Of a stretch of 54,247 bases of DNA, positions 35,684 through 45,454 are shown piece by piece (the first letter of the stretch is position 1; the number at the start of each line of letters is the position of its first letter). The stretch lies in IMG/VR virus record IMGVR_UViG_3300005918_000015. One strand, given 5' to 3'. The notes under the pieces were generated by a model. That model was not told where the DNA came from and searched no databases. It saw nothing but the letters and a program-made list of their open reading frames with translations. Both the position numbers and the translations under genes were made by a program. The DNA comes from an uncultured virus (IMG/VR IMGVR_UViG_3300005918_000015). Lineage: Duplodnaviria > Heunggongvirae > Uroviricota > Caudoviricetes.

Positions 35684-36031
35684 ATGAAAAAAGAATGCCC
35701 ATTCTGTAAAAGAAAATTTGCTGGGAAAGCTCCTGACGGAGAATCTTTCTACGACAAACACGAACGGGACTGTGAGAAACGTACCCCTCCCAGTGCTATG
35801 AGCCTGCCAGTTCAAGTCCAAATCACTAAATGTCAGAACTGTGAAGGAATGGAGTTCCGGTTTGTCTGTCACTACGATAGTTGGAATCCTCGGAGTGCTC
35901 TCTGGGAATATGCTTGTAAAGCCTGTGGCCAACATCATACATCAATCAGGTCTTTGGACACAATAGCTTCGGAAGTTCCTTATGATACAAAGGGACCAAC
36001 GGAGCGTAAACCTCCGAAATGGGATAGATAA
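35684..36031 (+). CDS. zinc-finger hypothetical protein
   Basis: CPFC…H…C, CQNC, CKAC. Confidence 0.6.
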   Translation: MKKECPFCKRKFAGKAPDGESFYDKHERDCEKRTPPSAMSLPVQVQITKCQNCEGMEFRFVCHYDSWNPRSALWEYACKACGQHHTSIRSLDTIASEVPYDTKGPTERKPPKWDR

Positions 36032-36032
36032 A

Positions 36033-36317
36033 ATGTCACTTACAACGTCAATGGAAGCAGCAATCCCTATATGGATTGCCAAACTATCAAAACAACCTCT
36101 TGATTATGTCCTTAAACGTATGGCTGAACAATCAAAAACCCTCCCCGGACTATTAGGTGGGAAAGGTGAGATTATGCTGTTCGGCGGTGGTGAAAAGGGA
36201 GAAGCAGCAGATATGTTTAATCAGACAGCCGAGGCCGTGGCCTTGATGTCTTTTTTACCAGGTGGTATTCATGTCTTTGGACACTGGGAATCAACACACC
36301 CTGAGAAAGAAAAATAA
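36033..36317 (+). CDS. hypothetical protein
   Basis: Start MSLTT adjacent to upstream stop. Confidence 0.6.
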   Translation: MSLTTSMEAAIPIWIAKLSKQPLDYVLKRMAEQSKTLPGLLGGKGEIMLFGGGEKGEAADMFNQTAEAVALMSFLPGGIHVFGHWESTHPEKEK

Positions 36318-36318
36318 C

Positions 36319-36738
36319 ATGCCTTATGCTGAAAAAACATCAGTACCTGTAGGGCGTAGTAAAGAACAAATTGAGGCTATGCTGCTAAAAGTAGGGGTGG
36401 AGAAATTTGCTTACCTATCAGAGGCTACCAATATTCTGTTGATGTTTAGCTATAAGGGAATCCCTTACAGAATTCATATGGATATACCACCCCATAGTAC
36501 TTGGAAAGGGTCCAAAAAAAGCAGAGACCAGGAAATCCGTCGTTTGTGGAGAGTATCTTGGCTGGTCGTAAAAAATAGGGTTGTCTTAATTGAAGAAGGT
36601 GCAGAACCTTTCCAGGCTGCTTTCCTGCCTTATATGGCAGTCGGGGGAAACAACACATTATACGAAAAAATGCAAGGTGCCTTGGAAGATGGTCGTGTTC
36701 ATGATGCCCTTCCAGCTATACCGTTTTATGAACCCTAA
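36319..36738 (+). CDS. conserved phage-type hypothetical protein
   Basis: YAE.TSVPV.RS..QIE.ML…R.WR…K…F..AFLPY. Confidence 0.7.
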   Translation: MPYAEKTSVPVGRSKEQIEAMLLKVGVEKFAYLSEATNILLMFSYKGIPYRIHMDIPPHSTWKGSKKSRDQEIRRLWRVSWLVVKNRVVLIEEGAEPFQAAFLPYMAVGGNNTLYEKMQGALEDGRVHDALPAIPFYEP

Positions 36739-37034
36739 TGAGGAATAACATGTTTGAAGATAAAACTATTACATTGACCTGTGTTTGTGGATGTGGTTCT
36801 ATCAGATTCGACCTTTTTGCTGAGGAACCAGAAGTCTGTGTTACTCCTTATGCTCTCATGAGCCGGCCAATAATTATGCCAAATTCTATCTGGAATCGGG
36901 TAAGACTGGCTTGGGGGGTATTATTTGGGAAATATCCTGAGCCGACTATGATAATCGACCAAGATGAAGTACCACTGCTCCATGAATTTTTACATCAAAC
37001 TGAAAAAGCTTTGAAAAAGAAAGAAAATAAATGA
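36738..37034 (+). CDS. hypothetical protein
   Basis: C.CGC and W.RVRLAW.VL motifs. Confidence 0.6.
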   Translation: MRNNMFEDKTITLTCVCGCGSIRFDLFAEEPEVCVTPYALMSRPIIMPNSIWNRVRLAWGVLFGKYPEPTMIIDQDEVPLLHEFLHQTEKALKKKENK

Positions 37035-37540
37035 TTTGGTTTACTGCCGATCCGCATTTTGGCCATAGAAATATTATTAAATATTGCAAACGACCCTTTA
37101 AGGGTCCGAAAGAAATGGATACTGTTATTAGGACAAACTGGAATGCTTTGGTTAAACCCAAGGATACCGTTTACGTCCTTGGTGACTTTTCCATGTCCAC
37201 TAATAAGAAAAACCTTGAAGATTGGTTTAATGCCCTACACGGTAAGAAAACTCTTATCGTAGGTAACCACGACTCCAAGGCTTGTCTCAAGCTCCCGTGG
37301 AAAGATGTGTTTGAAGTCAAACAGATACGCCATTCTGGCCATAGAATCTGGTTGAGTCATTATGCCCATAGAACATGGCCGAATGCCTACCACGGTGCAA
37401 TGCATCTGTTCGGCCATTCACACGGAATGCTGCCACCCTACCGACGCTCAATGGATGTCGGAGTTGATGTCTGTGACTTCAAACCGATATCTGGAGACAA
37501 GGTAGTAGAGATATTAATGAAAAAAGAAACAACTTCGTAA
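37031..37540 (+). CDS. calcineurin-like metallophosphoesterase
   Basis: FTADPHFGH, LGDF, GNHD, HY, HLFGHSHG, DVGVD. Confidence 0.93.
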   Translation: MIWFTADPHFGHRNIIKYCKRPFKGPKEMDTVIRTNWNALVKPKDTVYVLGDFSMSTNKKNLEDWFNALHGKKTLIVGNHDSKACLKLPWKDVFEVKQIRHSGHRIWLSHYAHRTWPNAYHGAMHLFGHSHGMLPPYRRSMDVGVDVCDFKPISGDKVVEILMKKETTS

Positions 37541-37549
37541 GGAGAAGTA

Positions 37550-37750
37550 ATGGAAAATTTAGCTGAAGTAGATGTTGAGGTTTTAGTTCATGGTGAAAAA
37601 GCCGTGAAAGTTACCAATGGTGTTATGGTGTGTTGGGTCAATTACAAGATCATCGATGATGATTCAGAAGTTCACGAGAAAACCCCAGTCGGCACAACGG
37701 CCACTTTAGTCATCCCTGAATGGAAAGCTGTCGAAGAAGGTCTTGTATAA
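37550..37750 (+). CDS. small hypothetical protein
   Basis: AAGGAG RBS; EKAV…W…IPEWKA.EEGL. Confidence 0.65.
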   Translation: MENLAEVDVEVLVHGEKAVKVTNGVMVCWVNYKIIDDDSEVHEKTPVGTTATLVIPEWKAVEEGLV

Positions 37751-38744
37751 TCTGACGGATTTTTTCAATGTCTGTTACTTTAACATCAGGGTTACAAGGT
37801 AGGCAAATAATCCGTTTGAACATTCGTGTTGCATTTGGCATATCAAGAACTGGACGATAATACTGTCGAGCATCAACACCTTCATTTTTCAGTTTCTGAA
37901 TCACTTCCTCAGCATTATCTAAGAATATCGGAAAACAGAAAGGCACACTGTTCTCCCCAACGTCAGGAAGTACCTCAAAACCATCGAAAACGGCTCTGTA
38001 TTGGACGTTTAGAGCTTGAAGGTGTCCTTTTATACCCTCAAGATTCCTAATCAAGTGGGCATGGATATAAGCTGCCGTGATACAATTCATTTTCCCATTA
38101 AAACCAAGATCTTGATGGCTTATTGATATCCCGAAATTGAGAATGGACCGAACAGTTTTCTCATATGCTTTCTTAACTATAGCCACACCACCCTCAGCAA
38201 ACCCGATTTGTTTCGTATGATGCAGGCTGACGATTGAAGCATCTCCATAATTAAGACTGTTTTTACCATTAAAGAATGAGAACGGTGTGGCTGCATTATC
38301 AAATACCAAGAGTTGTTTGCCTTGACCGGCCAGTTTCTCGTATTCTACTGGGGATCGTTGAAGCATTCCGAATAGGTTGGTTACGATCAGAACCTCAGAA
38401 TCAGGCAGTTCTTTGAAATTGAGGTCGTCATCAACGTCTGTGATCGTGGCTCCCTTGAGGGGTCCTTCAATGTTACTAGGGAACGTAAATGCTGGAGTGC
38501 CTGCCGATGAAATTCTATGATGGATATGGAAAGCAATGATGATAGCGTGTATGGCTGCTGTACCGTTGACAGATGCTATTACAGCTCTATCATCTTCTAT
38601 GGCCAGTTCGGCTCGGAGGTAGGTTTCCAGAGCTTGTACGGCTGGTCCGTAATTAGATAATTGGTTGCTAGATACAGAGGATGCCATCAAAACCGTGGCC
38701 AGAGAGTGATCAGGTTTCTTGTGATTCAACCATGGTATTTTCAT
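37710..38744 (-). CDS. DegT/DnrJ/EryC1/StrS family PLP-dependent sugar aminotransferase
   Basis: NYGP, NGTAAI, FTFPS, DNAA, SLHHTK…EGG, GFNGKM, YYRP, CLP. Confidence 0.9.
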   Translation of the reverse strand: MKIPWLNHKKPDHSLATVLMASSVSSNQLSNYGPAVQALETYLRAELAIEDDRAVIASVNGTAAIHAIIIAFHIHHRISSAGTPAFTFPSNIEGPLKGATITDVDDDLNFKELPDSEVLIVTNLFGMLQRSPVEYEKLAGQGKQLLVFDNAATPFSFFNGKNSLNYGDASIVSLHHTKQIGFAEGGVAIVKKAYEKTVRSILNFGISISHQDLGFNGKMNCITAAYIHAHLIRNLEGIKGHLQALNVQYRAVFDGFEVLPDVGENSVPFCFPIFLDNAEEVIQKLKNEGVDARQYYRPVLDMPNATRMFKRIICLPCNPDVKVTDIEKIRQIIQDLLRQLSIQG

Positions 38745-39692
38745 TTACCACCTGTAGTATTCTTTGAAGTGTTTTACCAGTCCGGGAATGTCTTTCAAGA
38801 CCCGACGTTTAGGCTCCCATCCCAAAGATCTCAGTTTTGAATCGTCTACGGCATATCGAACATCTTGACCCACTCGTTTATAGGTCAGGTCTACATATTG
38901 TTTCCAGTCACAATCTTCTCCGTGAAAAGCCTTGATGATAGTTTTCACAATCTCAATATTTTTTAAAATGTCCGGGCCAGAAATATTAAATACCCCTTCT
39001 TGGGTATTTTGACCCATTAGCATCAGGATTGCCCGGGCAGTATCTTCTGCATGAAGCCATGTACGATAAGGTTCCCCTTGATTATGAAGGATGATAGGAT
39101 GTTCTCGTTGGAGATTTTTAACAGAAAGGGGGATAAGTTTCTCTGGGTATTGATGTTCCCCGTAATTGTTAGTTGGTCGGACCAGAATGTATTTGTGTCC
39201 GAATGTTCTTGCCCAAGCTTGAATAATCAGATCCCCAGCAGCTTTAGTTGCTGAGTAAGGGTTGCTGGGATTCAAGAAAGAATTTTCGTCAAAGAATCCC
39301 TTGTCGATGTCCCCATAGACTTCATCGGTACTGAAATGAAGAAATGTTGGACGACGAGCTGTGTTTCTCCGCTTGTGTAACATTTTAAGAATATTATAAA
39401 CACCATGGATATTACTAGCAATAAATTCCGTTGTCCCGATGATGCTGTTATCTACATGAGTTTCAGCAGCCATATTGACAATGTAGTCACAATCAGGGAA
39501 GAATGTTGTGTTTTCAATCCCGATTTCTTCAAAATGGAAGTTAGGATTATTTTGAAATTCACCCAGTAGGTTGAGGTTAGCAGCATAAGTACATTTGTCT
39601 ATACCGTAAACCATCCAACCCTGTTCTAAACAGAGACGGGTTAAATGGGAAGCCATGAAACCTAAACAGCCTGTGATGGTTACAATTTTCAT
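38745..39692 (-). CDS. rfbB: dTDP-glucose 4,6-dehydratase-like (RmlB/RfbB family)
   Basis: TGCLGFMAS, D..TYA, AAETHVDNSI, STDEVYG, PYSATKA, NNYG..QYPEKLIP. Confidence 0.9.
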   Translation of the reverse strand: MKIVTITGCLGFMASHLTRLCLEQGWMVYGIDKCTYAANLNLLGEFQNNPNFHFEEIGIENTTFFPDCDYIVNMAAETHVDNSIIGTTEFIASNIHGVYNILKMLHKRRNTARRPTFLHFSTDEVYGDIDKGFFDENSFLNPSNPYSATKAAGDLIIQAWARTFGHKYILVRPTNNYGEHQYPEKLIPLSVKNLQREHPIILHNQGEPYRTWLHAEDTARAILMLMGQNTQEGVFNISGPDILKNIEIVKTIIKAFHGEDCDWKQYVDLTYKRVGQDVRYAVDDSKLRSLGWEPKRRVLKDIPGLVKHFKEYYRW

Positions 39693-40297
39693 TTGTAAGG
39701 CCCTTTTAAAATAGCTGGTACACCTAAATAAGTACCAGGTTCTGTTATATCGTTTGTTATGACTGAACCAGCCCCAATTCTTACACGATCAGTAATTTTT
39801 ATTCCTTCTAATGTACAGGAATTTGCACCAAATCTTACATCATTACCTATTTGAGTATGACCACTAAGAGTTACTGATGGTGCCGTTGTAAAATATTTTC
39901 CTGTATTGATATCATGACCAATAGTTGTATAAAGACTGATTTGAGAATAATCTCCGAGATTAACGGATGCCCTGACAGTAGCAAAAGCACATATTACAGA
40001 ACCCTTCCCAATATGTGCTCTTTTGGAAACCAGTGCTCTAGGGTGAATTAACGTCATTATTTCAATATTATCAGGAAGCCTGGATATTATTTTTTTCCGT
40101 GTTGTGACATCTCCTATAGCCAATACCACACTATGGATATTAGGTTTTAAATTGTCAATTGAGATCATAGGAATCCCAAAAAAAGGTTTTTTCTTAAAAT
40201 CATCTGCAAAGAAAGCTGGTGTGTAACTATTAGCTTCTAAATTTTCCATTACTGCTTGACCAAACCCCCCAGCTCCTATAATACATATCTTTTTCAT
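39689..40297 (-). CDS. sugar N/O-acetyltransferase (PglD/NeuD family)
   Basis: IIGAGGFG, AIGD…R, LIHP.A, IGHD, hexapeptide repeats, GVPA. Confidence 0.9.
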   Translation of the reverse strand: MKKICIIGAGGFGQAVMENLEANSYTPAFFADDFKKKPFFGIPMISIDNLKPNIHSVVLAIGDVTTRKKIISRLPDNIEIMTLIHPRALVSKRAHIGKGSVICAFATVRASVNLGDYSQISLYTTIGHDINTGKYFTTAPSVTLSGHTQIGNDVRFGANSCTLEGIKITDRVRIGAGSVITNDITEPGTYLGVPAILKGPYK

Positions 40298-40785
40298 TTG
40301 ATTTTCCTTGCTGGAGACCCTACATAAGTACCGGGGTCTGTGGTATTGTTAATAATTAATGTGTTATATCCAGTGGTCACATCGGGACCAACGGTGCATC
40401 CTGCAGCAATGATAGTACGCATTCCAATAACACACCCAGAATGGATTTCTGTAAACAAATCATCCATCTGTTTTCTGGATTGTATTTGTTTTGAGTGGGA
40501 TGTAATAACAGAGCCTCCGAAATAAACATTATCGTGGATGATAACATTTCTTGAAATCAGAGAACGCTTACTTATTCGGACATTATTACCTATGGTACAA
40601 GGTCCTGTTGTATTACAATAATCATCCATTTCAACATCATTACCAATGATAGTCCCTGAACATAATTTCACATAATCACCGAGAGTTACATTATCCCCAA
40701 CAGTAACCCCATCCTCAATAATAACAAATTTTCCGATTTTGAAATTGGAACCTGATTTGAAATCCTCAGCTATAAAATTAGTCAT
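40294..40785 (-). CDS. hexapeptide-repeat acyltransferase
   Basis: [IV]G.. repeats; GTYVGSPARKIK. Confidence 0.85.
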   Translation of the reverse strand: MTNFIAEDFKSGSNFKIGKFVIIEDGVTVGDNVTLGDYVKLCSGTIIGNDVEMDDYCNTTGPCTIGNNVRISKRSLISRNVIIHDNVYFGGSVITSHSKQIQSRKQMDDLFTEIHSGCVIGMRTIIAAGCTVGPDVTTGYNTLIINNTTDPGTYVGSPARKIK

Positions 40786-40789
40786 CTGA

Positions 40790-41323
40790 TTATTTCACTC
40801 CTTCCACAATCAAATTGCTGAATTCTGGACCCCGCCGTTCAAGTCCTGATAGTTCTGGGAAATTACTTTTACGGTGTTCTACAAGATAGACTTTATGGAA
40901 TCCAGCAGCTTTCATTAAAGCTGTAAGTGTTTCTTCATCATAGATAAATTGATGGCCCCATTCCCTGAAAACCCCATTAAGATAAACAGCCCCAGTTTTC
41001 ACAGGGAAGTCTAATTGTTTAATCCAATCTCGTTCGGTCCAATTTCCTGAATTATAAAGTTCTAGGGCTGCTTTTAATCCTGGTACAGCTACTCGTAATA
41101 CTCCGCCTGATTTTAACATTTTATGGCATATTTTAGTGGCTTTGAATCCATTTTCACGAGAAAAATGTTCCCACACATGCTCACTAAAAATGAAAGATGC
41201 ACTGTTGTCCTCAAAGGGGCAGGGATGTCTAATCACATCCCATTGAACATCACTTTTTTTAGTCCTGTCTATATTCACCCAATTTTTTAAAAGGTGTCCA
41301 CCACAACCAATATGGATTTTCAT
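40790..41323 (-). CDS. class I SAM-dependent methyltransferase
   Basis: IHIGCG, W.NID, SEHVWEH, LKSGG.LRVAVP; start MKIHIG. Confidence 0.85.
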   Translation of the reverse strand: MKIHIGCGGHLLKNWVNIDRTKKSDVQWDVIRHPCPFEDNSASFIFSEHVWEHFSRENGFKATKICHKMLKSGGVLRVAVPGLKAALELYNSGNWTERDWIKQLDFPVKTGAVYLNGVFREWGHQFIYDEETLTALMKAAGFHKVYLVEHRKSNFPELSGLERRGPEFSNLIVEGVK

Positions 41324-42087
41324 TTCTTTGGTTCTCCTTTTACAATTAAACAATGAGATTGTATTCCTGTCGGATTAAACCATTGTCGAGTAGGGACTCC
41401 TCCCCAAGCATCTAAGGTAGCTCCCATATCAATACATATTTTCCCAAACTTATCTCGTAAATATACCCCTGTGTCTTTGCCCCCTGCCCCATTAGCCCAT
41501 AGAACTACAGTTTCTTTTATAGAATGTAAAGCTTGAAGCCTAGTCTCCCTGTCTTGTAATTTATCTTTACGGTCCACTTTGGTGTAAGATATAGGACAGC
41601 CTAATAATTGATCAAGGTTATTACGCCTCATCCCATCTACATAAGTCCCTATTATATGAATACCTTTTAAGTCTCCTAATAATTCTCGGAAAGATTTAAT
41701 AGACCCTAAATAAGAAGACCTACAAATTTGGTGGTCTGCAATGATGGAAGGGACAGGTAAACCCCAACTCTCAAAATCTTTAGTATATAAGCGTCCGTCT
41801 AAAAATACTTTTTTCATAGGGCAACTATCTTCGGCTAAGATACCCAACATGTCGGTACGGAGTGCTCTTTTTAATACCTCCCCCATATCATTAAAGGCTT
41901 GTTCTTTTTCATCTGGGTATTGAAAACCCCAATTATTACACAAAGCCTTAGCAATGAAATCTTTTCTTTTTAGGACTGCAACATCCCCATCCCCAAACCG
42001 AGTAAATGTGAAGGGTTCTCTTTTTTTGATAACATCCTTCAATAAAAAAAATGTATCCTGATCTGATATAGTTGGAATTAATAACAT
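41320..42087 (-). CDS. GT-D fold (DUF1792-like) glycosyltransferase
   Basis: PF.FTRFGDGD and IDMGATLDAW motifs. Confidence 0.7.
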   Translation of the reverse strand: MLLIPTISDQDTFFLLKDVIKKREPFTFTRFGDGDVAVLKRKDFIAKALCNNWGFQYPDEKEQAFNDMGEVLKRALRTDMLGILAEDSCPMKKVFLDGRLYTKDFESWGLPVPSIIADHQICRSSYLGSIKSFRELLGDLKGIHIIGTYVDGMRRNNLDQLLGCPISYTKVDRKDKLQDRETRLQALHSIKETVVLWANGAGGKDTGVYLRDKFGKICIDMGATLDAWGGVPTRQWFNPTGIQSHCLIVKGEPKK

Positions 42088-42090
42088 AAT

Positions 42091-43365
42091 TTATGCCTTT
42101 TGAATATGTTCATTCTTTAATACACCACGAGTATCAACTACTAACTGAGCACGACGGCCAATGTCCTCCCAGTCGTATTGAGAATGATTGGTGACAATTA
42201 CTACTGCATCGTACTGTTCAATGAACTCTAAGGATGCCGACCGACGAATGGATTTATGACGGCGGGTTTCCCAGAGTTCAGGAATGAAAGGGTCATTATA
42301 ACTCACAAGAGCCCCGGCCTCACTGAGGATTTTTATAATCTCCAACCCAGGGGATTCTCTCATATCATCAATGTCAGGCTTATAAGCAACACCAAGAACA
42401 AGCACTTTACTCCCCTTCAAGGATTTCTCATGGTCATTCAGAGCTGCTGCAACCCGACCTACAACGTAATGAGGCATCTGAGTGTTGATCTCTCCTGCAA
42501 GCTCAATGAACCTGGTAGTTAAACCGAATTCCTTTGCTTTCCAAGTGAAATAGAATGGGTCAATGGGAATGCAATGGCCACCGAGTCCGGGGCCTGGATA
42601 GAAAGGCATAAATCCGAAAGGTTTGGTTTTAGCAGCTTCAATAGCTTCCCACAAATCAATGTCCATCTCAATACAAGCCATCTTCAGCTCGTTTATCATG
42701 GCAATGTTGACGGATCGGAAGATATTCTCCAGCAACTTAGTCATCTCTGCCACTTCAGGACTGCTTACAGGGTGGACGGTATCGATGACAGATTCGTATA
42801 AAGCAACAGCTCGTCTGGTGCATTCGGGAGTCAGGCCTCCGACGACTTTAGTGATGTTACTTGTGTTGTATTCTGGGTTGCCTGGGTCTTCTCGTTCAGG
42901 GGAAAAGGCTAAGTGGAAATCTACTCCAGCTTTGAGGCCAGAAGTTTCCAGAATGGGCAACATCCGTTCTCTGGTTGTTCCGGGGTATGTAGATGACTCC
43001 AGAACGACCAAGGTGTCCTTCTGTAGGTACTTAGCTATCGTATGTGACGTTGCATCCACAAAAGACAAGTCAGGTTGTCTGTGGGCGTCTAAGGGGGTTG
43101 GGACGCATATGATAATAGTGCCACATTTCTTTAGATTTTCCATATCTGATGTGACAAGCATTGTCTGGTGTCGAGCATCTGTAAAAGACATAGCAGCTTG
43201 AACTCGTTCATCAGGTACTGTTTTTAAATAAGATACCCCTTGTTCAAGTTTAATGATCTTATTTTCATCAATGTCAAACCCAATAACTTCTTTACAGTGC
43301 TCATAAAAAGTCAGAGCTAAGGGAAGTCCAACGTATCCGAGCCCTATGACACCTATTGATTTCAT
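42091..43365 (-). CDS. UDP-N-acetylhexosamine 6-dehydrogenase (WbpA/WecC-like)
   Basis: GLGYVGLPLA, CVPTP, ESSTYPGTT, SPEREDPG, KLLENIFRSVNIA, PGPGLGGHCIPIDP, AYK…D.RESP. Confidence 0.95.
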   Translation of the reverse strand: MKSIGVIGLGYVGLPLALTFYEHCKEVIGFDIDENKIIKLEQGVSYLKTVPDERVQAAMSFTDARHQTMLVTSDMENLKKCGTIIICVPTPLDAHRQPDLSFVDATSHTIAKYLQKDTLVVLESSTYPGTTRERMLPILETSGLKAGVDFHLAFSPEREDPGNPEYNTSNITKVVGGLTPECTRRAVALYESVIDTVHPVSSPEVAEMTKLLENIFRSVNIAMINELKMACIEMDIDLWEAIEAAKTKPFGFMPFYPGPGLGGHCIPIDPFYFTWKAKEFGLTTRFIELAGEINTQMPHYVVGRVAAALNDHEKSLKGSKVLVLGVAYKPDIDDMRESPGLEIIKILSEAGALVSYNDPFIPELWETRRHKSIRRSASLEFIEQYDAVVIVTNHSQYDWEDIGRRAQLVVDTRGVLKNEHIQKA

Positions 43366-44459
43366 TTTAATCTCCCGTAAAAACCAAAGAGTTTTTCATT
43401 TTTTAAGGTTTCTGTGTGGATTTCTTCAAACAATCCTTTATATCTGCTGATTATATCTACTGAACCTCTTGGAAAACACCGGAGATGAGAAGGACCACCG
43501 AATGAAGGAACACACCCAACTACAAAAGACCCAGAAGGCAGTTTTTGCAGTAAAGCAATGTCATCTTCCACATGCTCAAGGGTTTCAAGAATACTGAAAT
43601 ACTGATAATCACCCCAACCTGTGAAATCTTTAAAAGTTGATGTTATTACTTTGTTAGGAGTTCGGACAGATGCTTGTTTGACAGCTTCAGAGGAAAAATC
43701 AATACCGTCTACATACAACTTAGCTTCTGATGCTTCTTGTAAGAAACCTCCTGGCCCACAACCTACATCTAACCCTTGAAACTCAGATTGTTGATTGTCA
43801 CGAAGAACTCGAACAGCCCATTTATAGTAAAATTTGCGGCCTCCCTCATATCTACCTATTACTGCAAACACATCATCGTAATATTCAGGGGGTGCCTCTT
43901 TTTTAGGGTTTTTTTTATACCATGCCGTAATGTTTGTTTGATTTCCATCACGCCCATCAGAAAACAATAAGGTTTCAGTATTGTACCCTGCTTCTGTAAA
44001 AAGCTGTGGCTGTGAGGATGACAGGTGTATCTCATAAGGGTTACCTCTTACAATCCCTTGAGGACAATCACCACAAGGACATCCTGTGATAACTAACCCA
44101 CGAGTTAGTTTTTTCAGTTTTTCAAGGATTCCTGGTAATTCCTCAGCAGGGACATGTTCGGGGCCGTGCCACCACATAACCACATCATATACATCCCCTG
44201 AATCCACATAATCTCGAATATCTGCATGGATAACTTTATGAGAAAAGCTTCTTAGAACTTTTACGTTAGGCTCCCACACTTCTAAGAAAGTTACATCAAA
44301 ATTAGAAAACATTTTCACATGCCTTCCACCAGCACCTTTAGCTCCAATATACAACATTGTTTTATATGTTTTAAAATCCCCATCATCATCGAAGACCCTT
44401 TTCAAACTGGTGGGTCTTTCAGTCATAGGTTTTTCTACATTTAAAGTCCGAGTTATCAT
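43362..44459 (-). CDS. tandem two-domain SAM-dependent methyltransferase-like protein
   Basis: Domain 1 LYIGA…WWHGPEH; domain 2 LDVGCGPG, GIDFS, ETLEH. Confidence 0.78.
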   Translation of the reverse strand: MITRTLNVEKPMTERPTSLKRVFDDDGDFKTYKTMLYIGAKGAGGRHVKMFSNFDVTFLEVWEPNVKVLRSFSHKVIHADIRDYVDSGDVYDVVMWWHGPEHVPAEELPGILEKLKKLTRGLVITGCPCGDCPQGIVRGNPYEIHLSSSQPQLFTEAGYNTETLLFSDGRDGNQTNITAWYKKNPKKEAPPEYYDDVFAVIGRYEGGRKFYYKWAVRVLRDNQQSEFQGLDVGCGPGGFLQEASEAKLYVDGIDFSSEAVKQASVRTPNKVITSTFKDFTGWGDYQYFSILETLEHVEDDIALLQKLPSGSFVVGCVPSFGGPSHLRCFPRGSVDIISRYKGLFEEIHTETLKNEKLFGFYGRLK

Positions 44460-45454
44460 AATAAACCAGCCTTCCCCAAAAGCTCTTGCATCTGTTTAGT
44501 TTGAGCTTCTAATCCCCAGTCACCTGTTTGAAGTGTAATGCCTTCTGGGGTTTTCTTGAAAGTCTTATAGCTTCCAATGTATTGCTTAGGGGTCCCTAAA
44601 CTTTCAGCCATGACTTTGTTTTTATCAGGTCCAAACCAGAATACAGGGACTGAGGCTCCGAACCCTGCCACCCCAACATGTAGTCGGCTGGTAATGATTT
44701 TGGCTGACTGAGAAATCATGTGGTCTAAGTGGCCAAATGAATCAGGTGTTACCACTCTAACAGGGCAGAGTTTTTCCAATTCAGTATGTAAGTATCTATC
44801 GTCATCGTGATCTCCGAAAGCCTCTTTGATAGCCCTTTGCTCCCACGCTGCGGGGAGAGCTAACCATTCTTTACTTGTGTCAGCTTTAATCATCTCTGCT
44901 AACTGTTTTAACACCCTATCTTGAAGTGCTTTCGGTTGTTTAGACAAACCCCAAGAAATACAGACGGCATTATGAGATTTCGGTCGGTCAGGTGTCCCAT
45001 TAGCCAACATTGGGTCAAAAGCTCGAACTGCTTCTAAGCCTGCCTTCCGCACATACTGAATAGATTTGTCTCTGACACTAATTAAAGCAGCTTTAGAAGC
45101 AAAACCCATTATCTCGGGGGTCATTACTCCACAACCCACCCCCCAGATGACAATTGGGCATTTGATATCAACAAGCCACGGGTTTTTGAGCATAAAGTTT
45201 TGAGTCAGGATAGTTCCGGCACCATAGACAAATAAATCTGCCTGTTTACATAAATGTTGTATTTTTGATTTGTCCGTCCTATGAGCATAACCTTTGACAT
45301 CCTTATGATGGAAATTTAGAAACCAACTCGACCCACCAATTATACTGAATTCTGCATCAGGGTAGATAGTTCGAAGCATCTTTCGGATGTTCTGAGCACT
45401 AACTTCATCTCCATAATTCCGTGTCCCTACACAACCAAATTGTACTATATTCAT
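44456..45454 (-). CDS. polysaccharide pyruvyl transferase family protein
   Basis: NYGD, GAGT, GVG, SVRD.S, DP, SRLH. Confidence 0.85.
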   Translation of the reverse strand: MNIVQFGCVGTRNYGDEVSAQNIRKMLRTIYPDAEFSIIGGSSWFLNFHHKDVKGYAHRTDKSKIQHLCKQADLFVYGAGTILTQNFMLKNPWLVDIKCPIVIWGVGCGVMTPEIMGFASKAALISVRDKSIQYVRKAGLEAVRAFDPMLANGTPDRPKSHNAVCISWGLSKQPKALQDRVLKQLAEMIKADTSKEWLALPAAWEQRAIKEAFGDHDDDRYLHTELEKLCPVRVVTPDSFGHLDHMISQSAKIITSRLHVGVAGFGASVPVFWFGPDKNKVMAESLGTPKQYIGSYKTFKKTPEGITLQTGDWGLEAQTKQMQELLGKAGLL

